Of a DNA stretch of 49,284 nucleotides, positions 1-9,700 are shown one piece after another. Every line of letters starts with the position of its first letter. Within the stretch, counting starts at the first letter, position 1. The position numbers and the translations under genes are program-made. Location of the stretch: positions 1-49,284 of IMG/VR virus record IMGVR_UViG_3300031555_003080, one strand, 5' to 3'. The DNA is from a virus. The notes beneath the pieces were generated by a model. That model was not told where the DNA came from and ran no database searches. It saw only the letters and a list, made by a program, of their open reading frames with translations.

Positions 1-230
1 TGAAACAAATGTATTTTGCCGCTCCCGCAGGTCAAGGTTATAAACCAAGTGTAAAAGATGCTGCAACAACAGCTCCTCAAACAGTCTTTGGACCAATTAT
101 TGTTTATGTAAAAGGTGCAAATGAATATGTTACTGATGATGCTCCAAACGGAATTGCTTATGACGTTTGGTATGTTGCAAATGCAGATGCCGCAGCAGGA
201 GACGCTACTGTTAACATCGGAAAAGCTTAA
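1..230 (+). CDS. 3' end of a virion gene continuing from upstream of the window (partial), unknown function
   Basis: Frame-3 reading frame is open from nt 3 to TAA at 228-230. There is no visible RBS for the ATG at nt 9. It is followed closely by the strong RBS AAGGAAGGAGG of the next gene. Confidence 0.4.
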   Translation, partial: KQMYFAAPAGQGYKPSVKDAATTAPQTVFGPIIVYVKGANEYVTDDAPNGIAYDVWYVANADAAAGDATVNIGKA

Positions 231-249
231 GGAAGGAGGAAAGTGATTA

Positions 250-1971
250 ATGTCAATTCGTGATGATTTTTTTGCTAATCAAGCAGTTGCAGCTTTATGG
301 GACGTTGCTGTTTCTATAAAGAGAGGTAATCCACTTCCTTTAGATTCTAATTCTGTATTTAAGAGCTATGCAGATTTAGAAACTTATGCTTCTGGTGTTT
401 TAGCATATCCTGGTCAAATTGTGGCCGTTGTAAATGCTGATTCTACTGAGATTTATTTCTTAGACCAAGAATTGGCAATTAAGCCTGTTGGTTCTGTTCC
501 AACAGCAGATAATAAGAGTATTGAAGTTGTTGATGGAATTCTTTCTATTCACGATTATGGTAATTCTTATTATAAATATATCGAAGAAGCTACTGATGAA
601 GAGTCTGGAGAAGTAATTCCAGCTCATTACGAAAAAGTTGAAGTTTCTGAAGAAAATCCTTGGATTGCAGGTCTTGAGCCTCGAGTAGTTGCTGAAGGCG
701 ATGATTTAGTAATTGGATGGTATCAACCAAATCCAACCACTATTGATGGAGTTCAAACTCAAATTGCTGATTTACAAAAGACAGTTGAAGAAATTGTTGA
801 AGAAATTGGTGACCCTGCTAAAGATGAACTCACTCTTGCCACCGGTCTTTATCTTGAGCTTGATAAAAAGGCTGATAAAGCTTCAACCTACACCAAGACA
901 GAAGTTGATAATTTAATTGCTTCTGCTGATCATTTAAAGAGAAAGATTTTTGATACTAAAGAACTTGCTCAAGAGTTTGTTGATGAAAATCCTGATACCG
1001 CAGACCAATATATTTATATGATCCCTAATGGATTGCAAAATGACTCTAATAAATATTATGAGTATATGCTCATTGACGATATTTTAGAGCCAGTCGGCAA
1101 TTGGGAAGTAGATTTAAATGATTATTTTACAGAAGATGAATTAAAACAATATCTTGAAAGCTATTATACTGAAGAAGAAGTTCAGGCTATTTTAACTGAT
1201 TATGCTACAAAGACTGATTTAGAAGGCTATTATGATATTGATCAAATTGATAATCTTTTAACAAGTTATTACACTTCTGAAAAAGTAAATGAACTTTTAG
1301 ATAAATACGTTCTTAAAGAAGAAGGTAAAAGTCTTGTCAAAGACGCTGAAATTGCAAAACTTGAAACAGTTCTTGCAAATGCAGAACCTAATTATATTAA
1401 GAGCGTTTCTTCTAATTTCACTGTAACAGAAGCTGGTCAATTAAATCTTAATACTATCTCTATTGGACAAATTGAAAACTTACAAGAAACTTTAGATGAT
1501 AAAGTAACGCGTACTTTTACTACTAATGAAGATGGTTCAAAAACTGAATGGATTCTTTTAAGTCCAGAAAATCAAGCTAAATTGGCAGCATTAACAATTG
1601 GTGATACTGGTGATCTTGAAGTTGCTGGTACAGTTAATGCTGAAAATGTTAAAGGATTGGGTTCTTGGATTACAACTAATAGAGATATAATTTCTGGTCT
1701 ATATCCATTAGCCGATCAAACAAAACTTTTAAGTATTGAAGAAGGAGCAGAAAAGAACTTTATTCGTGCAGTTAATGAGGAGCAATTCTCAGTAACCACT
1801 GAAGGAGTTTTAAGTCTGACCCAAGATTACGTTTTAACTTCCCTTTATAGAGCTGAAATAGGTAGTTTAGATGACCTTATCAGAGCTGAAGGTGGAGATG
1901 GAAACACTACCCTTGTTGACGAAATTAATTATATTAATGAACGTCTACAATGGCAAACTATTGATGAATAA
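250..1971 (+). CDS. acidic repeat-containing virion protein, putative tail fibre / receptor-binding protein
   Basis: 573-aa ORF with RBS GGAAGGAGG upstream. It is acidic with short internal repeats (e.g. LESYYTEEEV / LTSYYTSEKV) and lies within a structural gene block. Confidence 0.75.
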   Translation: MSIRDDFFANQAVAALWDVAVSIKRGNPLPLDSNSVFKSYADLETYASGVLAYPGQIVAVVNADSTEIYFLDQELAIKPVGSVPTADNKSIEVVDGILSIHDYGNSYYKYIEEATDEESGEVIPAHYEKVEVSEENPWIAGLEPRVVAEGDDLVIGWYQPNPTTIDGVQTQIADLQKTVEEIVEEIGDPAKDELTLATGLYLELDKKADKASTYTKTEVDNLIASADHLKRKIFDTKELAQEFVDENPDTADQYIYMIPNGLQNDSNKYYEYMLIDDILEPVGNWEVDLNDYFTEDELKQYLESYYTEEEVQAILTDYATKTDLEGYYDIDQIDNLLTSYYTSEKVNELLDKYVLKEEGKSLVKDAEIAKLETVLANAEPNYIKSVSSNFTVTEAGQLNLNTISIGQIENLQETLDDKVTRTFTTNEDGSKTEWILLSPENQAKLAALTIGDTGDLEVAGTVNAENVKGLGSWITTNRDIISGLYPLADQTKLLSIEEGAEKNFIRAVNEEQFSVTTEGVLSLTQDYVLTSLYRAEIGSLDDLIRAEGGDGNTTLVDEINYINERLQWQTIDE

Positions 1972-1992
1972 ATTAAAGGAGGAAATTAAATA

Positions 1993-3642
1993 ATGGCTAA
2001 TATCCTTTTTAAGAGAGGTTTACATCAGAATTTACCTACCACAGCCATTGACGGTGCGTTTTATTTAACTGAAGATACTCATCGTTTGTATGCTGGTATT
2101 GGAACTGAACTTGTTGACCTTAACAAATACATCCGCACTTTTGCAACTTTAGCTGAATTAAAGAGCGGTTGGACCGATCCTGAAATTGGCGATTTTGCGT
2201 ACATTGAAGGCGGCAATATTCTTGCTGTTTATAGAACCTTTGAAGGTACTCAACAGTGGGTGCAGATTAACCAAAATACTGATACTTTAAACTCAAGTCT
2301 TGCATTTACAGGAGACGGAAATAGTGATCCTGGTACTTTAACTCTTACTTTAACCGACTCTGAAAGCGACAAGGTTACAGGTACTGTTAAATTTATTGGC
2401 ACTAAGGGTGTTGATGTTACCGTTGCCGCAGATGGTGCTGTTACTGTTGAAGGCAATCCTTATTCTCTTGGAGTGGGTTATACTGAAGCTGGCGGTACTG
2501 TAAGTGCAATGACTGTAACTCTTAATTCTGAAGATGATGAGGTTGCAGACACTAATTTTAATATTACTGCTGGTAAGAATATCACCTTTGCTAAGACTAC
2601 TAATGGTATTAAGATTAATGGAGTTGACGCAGCTGCCTTCAATAAAGATGCAAGCGCAAGTTATTTAGAAGTCGATGAAGGCACTCCATCTTTAAAAATT
2701 ACTTTAAGTAATGGTGAATTTATTGAGCTTTCTGATGCAAATTCTCTTTACTATACTTATGGTAAGACTGTTAGCGCTACTACATACAATCAAGGAAAAC
2801 TTGATGTTTACACCACAAGTGAAGTTGATGATAAACTTAAAGAATTGAATCACATGACCTATAGAGGTCCTGTTACTTCTGCAAGTTTACCAACTGATGT
2901 AAGTGTTGGCGATACCTACATGGCAGCAGCTTCCTTTACTATTAAGCTTGATACTGGAAATATTATTTCTTCTACTGGAGAAAATCAACAGGTAAAAATT
3001 GGTGACTTGTTCATTGCTACTGGTACAGAAGATGCTTCTACTGGTAAAATTACTACTTCTACTTTGAAGTGGACTTACATTCCTGCTGGCGATGACTCTC
3101 AGACCGACACTGTTTATAACTATAGTTTAAATACTGCCGATCATATTCTTTCTATTCAGGAAAGCACCAGTGGTGACGTTGTTGCTCATATTGATGTTGA
3201 TAACACTGATAATAAGTTAGTATTAACTTCTACTGTTGATAGTACTAATTATCCTAAAGTTGAAGTTCCTTGGAAGCTTCAAATTAATCACGCAAAAGTA
3301 ACTAGAAATAACACCACTTCTACTACATCTGACGTTCATACTTTTACAGCTGTTGACACTATCACCACAGATGATACCGGTCACGTTACTGGTGTTAACA
3401 CTAAGACTGTTAAGGTTTATACTTATGAGCTTAGTGGAGCTGCTGTTACTAATAACGGCACTGCAGGCGATGCAGTTACTGTTGTTGACACTTTAAAGAA
3501 TAGCAGTAACGATGCTGCTGGTACTTCTACATTTAAGGTAGAAACTTCTGTTACTAATGGCGTTCATAATGATAACTTAAAGGTTACTGCAAACGCTGCA
3601 GGCGATGGCTTTAAGATTACTATGGAATGGGGAACTTTCTAA
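1993..3642 (+). CDS. Thr-rich tail-fibre-like protein
   Basis: 549-aa ORF with RBS AAAGGAGG. Its N-terminus (LFKRGL..NLP....DGAFYLTEDTHRLYAG) matches a motif shared with the genes at 3790 and 14797. It is Thr/Gly-rich and probably all-beta. Confidence 0.75.
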   Translation: MANILFKRGLHQNLPTTAIDGAFYLTEDTHRLYAGIGTELVDLNKYIRTFATLAELKSGWTDPEIGDFAYIEGGNILAVYRTFEGTQQWVQINQNTDTLNSSLAFTGDGNSDPGTLTLTLTDSESDKVTGTVKFIGTKGVDVTVAADGAVTVEGNPYSLGVGYTEAGGTVSAMTVTLNSEDDEVADTNFNITAGKNITFAKTTNGIKINGVDAAAFNKDASASYLEVDEGTPSLKITLSNGEFIELSDANSLYYTYGKTVSATTYNQGKLDVYTTSEVDDKLKELNHMTYRGPVTSASLPTDVSVGDTYMAAASFTIKLDTGNIISSTGENQQVKIGDLFIATGTEDASTGKITTSTLKWTYIPAGDDSQTDTVYNYSLNTADHILSIQESTSGDVVAHIDVDNTDNKLVLTSTVDSTNYPKVEVPWKLQINHAKVTRNNTTSTTSDVHTFTAVDTITTDDTGHVTGVNTKTVKVYTYELSGAAVTNNGTAGDAVTVVDTLKNSSNDAAGTSTFKVETSVTNGVHNDNLKVTANAAGDGFKITMEWGTF

Positions 3643-3717
3643 TTTGAAGGGCAGACCCTATTAATTTGTCTATAAAGAATTTGAATTCTTATAGAGGAAA
3701 TTGAAAATCTTTAAAAT

Positions 3718-3760
3718 GGGAAAGAAAGGATTTAATGTCCTCTTCTTTCCCATTTTTTTA
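3718..3760 (+). terminator. rho-independent terminator
   Basis: GGGAAAGAA ... TTCTTTCCC stem followed by ATTTTTTTATTTTTT. Confidence 0.65.
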
Positions 3761-3789
3761 TTTTTTGGATAGAAAGGAGATAAAAAAGA

Positions 3790-6700
3790 ATGAGTAATAC
3801 TGAATTTCGTCCAGTAAGAGGTACTCAAGCTACTATTGATGCTTTACCAATTACAGACGGATACGTTTATTACGCAGTAGACACTGGTCGCATTTATATG
3901 GACAAAGGCGACGCAAGAATCTCCATGGGCGGAGGCGGAGCCGCAAACGGTTCTTCTATCTATTTCGGCGTTTATGGCAAAGAAATTAAAGAAGACTCTG
4001 AAACTAAAATGTATTATTATCCTATTGATGGTTTAGAAGATAAAAATGCTGAACCTCGAGTAGATGATATGATTTTGGATGACACTGGCGCCCTATACCG
4101 CATTAAGAGAATCGGTGAAACTTCTTATGCTTGTACTTTATTGCCTTTAAGCGGCAATGGAAGTGGACCTACCATTATTCGTCCTAATCTTACAATCGCA
4201 AGCATTCCTAACCCAATTATTATTAATGGACAGCCTTTTGAAATTACTTTTACTGTAACTTCAATCGTTGAAGAAAGCGGTTCTCCATTGGCAGAGGATA
4301 TGACTGTCTATTGGTCTTTAATTGATAAAGATAGTGGTCAGGTCTATTATAAAGGAACTCCAGTAGGAGTAAAACATAACGTTCCTTATAATTTACCTGT
4401 TGGCGATTATTTAAAAGAATCTGCTGAAACTGTTATTGAACTCTATGCAGAAGCTCTTAACCATGATGAAGCATCTGCAATTAGACAAGCAACTGTTACT
4501 ACTGTTGAAATGTATTTAGAGCATACTTCTCGTTATAATCCTGCAAACAGATATAGTTCAACTAATGTAAATCTTGAGTGCAATGCTATCGGTAACTTGT
4601 CTAAGATTTTAGAGTGGAGCGTTGATGGAGGCGTTGTTGAAAGTAAAGTTCTTACTCCAAATTCAACCAACCCTCAAACATTTACAGTTCCCACCGCATT
4701 AGCTACTCATGGATATCATACTATTCAAGTTGATTTATATCAAAATTTGGGTAGTGCAGATTCACCTAAAAAAGGTATTTCCGCAAATCCTTTAATCTAT
4801 GAAATTGCAGTTACTGAAGCAGGCAATAATACTCCTATCATTTGGATGGGTGAGTATCAAGATACTTATTATAACTATGACACAATTCAAATTCCTTTCA
4901 TGGTTTATAATCCTGCGAATACCAGTAGCGTAGAAGTTCGTTTAAAGAAAAACGATGTAGAAATTGATGGTTCTCCAAGAACTATTGAAGAATTTAGTGA
5001 TTATTCTTATTGGCAGATTGCTGATGCAGATTTAAATAAAGAAAATTATTATTCTATTGAGTGCGGTAAAACTATTGATACTACTGTTGTACGTGAAATC
5101 AAGTTTAAGGTTATTCCTGACCCTAACCGCGATATGACTGTTGTTAAGCAAAATAGCTTACAGTTAAATTTTGATCCAGCTGGTCGTTCTAATGCAGAAC
5201 CTACAACAAAGCGTGCATCTTGGTCTTATACCAGAGGCGGCACTGAATATAAAGCTGAATTTGATAACTTTAACTGGTATAATAATGGTTGGTACACTGA
5301 CAGTGAAAGTAAGAGCACTTTCTTAAGAATTAGTAATGGTGCTAAATTTACCATTCCATTTGAAGGTGGTTTGGAATTCGGCACAAGTGATACTGCAAAA
5401 CAATCTAATGCAATTGAATTAGCATTTAAAGTTAGAAATATTCAGAATTATTCTAACTTGATCACTAACGTAACTCGTTATAATATTCCTACTGCATTTG
5501 GAGACGATGGTAAGCCTACTTCTTATACTTCTGACGCTTCTCTTTATGAGAATGAATTTAAGAATCAGTCTTTATATACCAACTACGATGCTTTCTTGCA
5601 GGCAAGATTAGAGCCTGATGTTTACGACAACTTACAATTCCGTGAAGTTCAAAAGAACGTAAACTTAAGTAATGCAGTATTTGGCTTCTATAGCGGTAAT
5701 AATAATAATGCAGTTGGTGTATGTGTAGGTTCTCAAGATACTTTCTTCTCTAATGGTTATGATACCGTTAACGTATCTTTCGTTGAAGGAGAAATGGTAT
5801 ACTTAAGCTTCGTTTATGAGCATACTCCTGCTGTTGGCAGTAAGTTATACATTTATATTAATGGTTGTATTACTGGTGTTATTGAGTCTTCTATTACTGG
5901 CGATACCGGTTTTAAGATCAATACTAATGAAATTGTTTTTAATAGTGAAACTTGTGATATTGACCTTTATAAAATGAGAATTTATAATACCGCACTTACT
6001 GTTAATGATATTGTTACTAACCACGCAGTAGATAAAAAGAATATTACTATTTATGACCAGAATGGTTTGGCCATTGAAAACCAAGCTCTTCAAGAATTCC
6101 AGCTCGATTTTAAAAAGATTGAAAACTGGAATAAAGAACATCCAGAGCTTCCTTTGATGCCTTACATTATTTATGATACTTCTACTACAACTTCTGACGA
6201 TAAGCTTCCTTATGCTAAAGCAAATGGTGCTACTAAGATTAGAGTAGAATTCGTAAATACTCCTCTTGATACTGCTTATGCACGTGGCGAGTTGGTTAAA
6301 AAGGCTGTTGAAGATGGACTCTTGGATGAACTCGAAACTGATCAAGAAACTATTGACGAAGCTGTTCGTATTTATTATAAGCACCACTGTCCTTCTTGGA
6401 CTTCTACAATGACAACTGGTGATGTTGTAGGTCTTGAAGTTCAAGGTACTTCTTCTGAGTTCTATCCTCGTAGAAACTTTAAGATTAAAACTAAACATGG
6501 TGGCGAATGCTGCTGGGGCGATCTTGAAGACGATGACGGCAATGTTATTGGCCAGGGATGGACTGAAGAAGAATGCTTAAATATCTTTATGAATAAAGGT
6601 CCTTTTGAGGAAATTTATGAAGCAGATAAAGAAAAATTAAAAGCGGACGAACATTATTACGGCTATGAAGAGTCTCGTATGTTTGATGGTTGGTATATGA

Positions 6701-9700
6701 ATAACTATACTAATCCAACAGATAGATGGACTATGAAGGTCGACTATATGGAGTCTTCTGGATCTTATAATGCTGGTTTTGCAAGTCTTGTTGGTAATGC
6801 TTACACCAAGCATCCCCTTCAGGATTATGTAAAGGCAGGAGTATTAACAAATACAGGCGAACTTGAAAATGATGTATTTGGCGATATGAGATGGAAAGAC
6901 TTTAGAACTTCTCTCTTGGGCTTCCCAGTTATGGCGTTCCATAAGAGAAAAGTAAAAGGTTCTTCTACTGGTGAAACAGAATGTGTCTTTATTGGTTATT
7001 ATAGGATGCTTTTAGATAAGGGCTCTGACCAAGTTCTTGGTTTTAAGGCTCCTAAAAAAATTAAGCATACTTTAGTAGATAACCAAAGATTAAGAGATGT
7101 TGCAGAGTGTTGGGAATTCTCAACTAATGCAAGAACTTTCTGTTCTTATAAAGACCCATGGGACCGTGTTGAATTAAGCTTTAAAGGTCCTGCATCTGAA
7201 GGAGATAAAGTCTTTATTAAACTTGAAGGTAATAAAATTGGTGGACCTATGGTTCTTAACCATTTTGAACCTCGTTATTTTGCATATGAGGATTACTTAA
7301 AGAATGATGAAGATGGCTTCTATAATTTTGGAAATCTCGATCAAGATACTGTTGATGCAATGTGTGATGATATTGGAATTGATAGAATTGACATTGCTGC
7401 AGAGGATGCTAAATATAAAGCCCAAGATGGCGCTGTTTACTTAATGCGCAATTGGGAAAAAGTATGTAAATGGATTTATAGCACCAATTTAGATAATGTA
7501 AAATCTCAAGGTGAATACAAAGTTGCTCCTGTTGGTAAAGTTGTATATGAGCCAGGTAAATTCTATGTAATGGATGATACTGTTGAGGGTGGTTACAGAA
7601 TTTCTGATGATGCTTTTGATCCAGACGAAACCTATTTCGAGATTGTAGATTATGAAGTAGAAGTAGAAAAAACTGACGAAGAGGGAAATCCTATTCTTGA
7701 TGAAGATGGAAATCCTGAAATGGAGACTGTAACTCGTCAAACTTATGCAAATGCTTATGCAACTACATCTGATTTGATTTATAAGCCAAATACATTCTAT
7801 GTAGATGTCTCTGGAGCTTACTCTCTCTGTTCTGATGCTGAATTTGATACATCTACTACTTATTATATCTTTGAATCTTTAGCAGATGAAAAGATTGCTG
7901 AAATTGCTGACTTGCTCGTTGAGCCTGCTACAGCATGGGATGAAAATACTGAATATTATACTTATAATAGAGACGCCAAAGTTATTTCTGGCGGTGGCAA
8001 GACAGAAGCGGTAACTTACGTAGGTAAAGTTAGCAACGAGCGTTTTGCAGCAAATAATTACTATGTTGCAGCACCTAAGAAATATGCAAGTACTACATAT
8101 AAGTATGATACAAAAGAATATAGAACCGCAAAATTCATGAATGAGTTAAAAGACCACTTCGATTTAGAATATCTTGCAACTTATTTCATTATGACAGAAG
8201 TTTTCGAGTGCTATGACTCTCGTGGTAAGAACTGTATGATGGCTTCTTGGGGTCCATTAAAAGAGGGCGGAGACTACATTTGGTATCCTATCTTCTATGA
8301 TATTGATACTCAGTTAGGTATTAATAATACCGGTATTCCTTCTTTCGAATTTAATGTTGACGCAACTGAGGCTGGAAACTATTCTACTTCTGACAGTATC
8401 TTATGGAATAACTTCTATAAGTTCTTCAAAGGTTCTCAAATTTTAAATAAATATAAGAACTTGAGAAATCAAGATTCTACTTTTGATAAATTAGATAATC
8501 CTCCATTGCAGAGTGTTGACTATCTTGAGAAATGGTATACTTTTAATGAAGAAGTAACTAAGAATATCGCAGATAGAGGACAAAGACCTTTGATTGCAAC
8601 CAACTTAGATATGTATTATAAGTATATTACAATCACTAACCCTAAAGCAGAAAGCCAAGGTGTAGCTTATATTCCTGGTTCTGATGGTGTTTATGATTAC
8701 GATAAAGATGGAACTTATTTCTATGCATTACAGGGCGACCGCTCTCAGTCTAGACGTCAGTTCTTAACCAACCGTATTGAATATATTGACTCTTGGTTGA
8801 ACCAAGGTAACTATCAACGTGGTGGTAACAACCGTATTCGTGGACGTATTTCTGCAAACAGTGGTGAAAACGGTAAGACTTCTGACTGGTGGGTTGAAAC
8901 TGATCTTGATCCATACTGGACCGATCAGGAATTTGGCACTAAGTCTCATGACTTCGACGCTGAATATTGGTTAACCTTACAACCAATTCGAAGTGCATAT
9001 GTTACCGCAGGTGACGACAGCGCAAACTATCCTTCTCAGAAGTATGATGGTAAGAACCCTGTTAAATTTAAATTGGGCGATATTGAAGCTGGTGTTCGTA
9101 AGAGTAATAACTATCCTGAGCAGTTGGTTTATATTTATGGTATGAATCAAATGTCTGATTTCGGTGAAATGAATAAGCTTTACTGGACTGAGTTCTATAT
9201 GGAAGGTAATGCCGATCACTTAACTCGTTTACAGCTTGGATATGATGGATTTAGTAAAACTGATCCTACTGTACAATGGTATAACCAGAAGTTGAATGGT
9301 ATTAAGTTATCTGATATGCCTCTGTTGCAAGAAGCTAACTTCAGTAGAATTACACTTCAAACTCAAACAAGTTTGGATTTAAGTGCTTCTGAAAAGCTTG
9401 AAAACTTTAGAGCTGTTGGAACAAGTAACTTGACCAGTGTAAACTTTGCAGATGGTGTTGCATTAAATACTTTGTATTTACCTAAGTCTGTAACTTCTTT
9501 AAAACTTGTTCAAGCTAACCTCTTGGATAATTTGATTGCTGAAGGTACTGCTCCAACTCCTGTAAACAATGAAGATGGAACTGTAACTCCTCCAACTCAA
9601 GGTTTGTTTATTGACGGTTTCTTTAGTGACACTTTCGATTCTGCATTAACAAGCATTCATTTCAATGGTGGCGCTTTAGGCTTTGGTACTTATCAGATTT

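Noticed and set aside
5845-6498. 217-aa minus-strand ORF and other 60-130-aa ORFs antisense to, or nested in, large genes (e.g. 713-916, 2250-2456, 7489-7740, 32326-33552, 35194-38900, 43236-44071).
   Set aside because: They are typical antisense or alternative-frame ORFs of AT-rich coding DNA (Ile/Asn/Phe/Leu-rich). They have no RBS and overlap genes that have clear homology.
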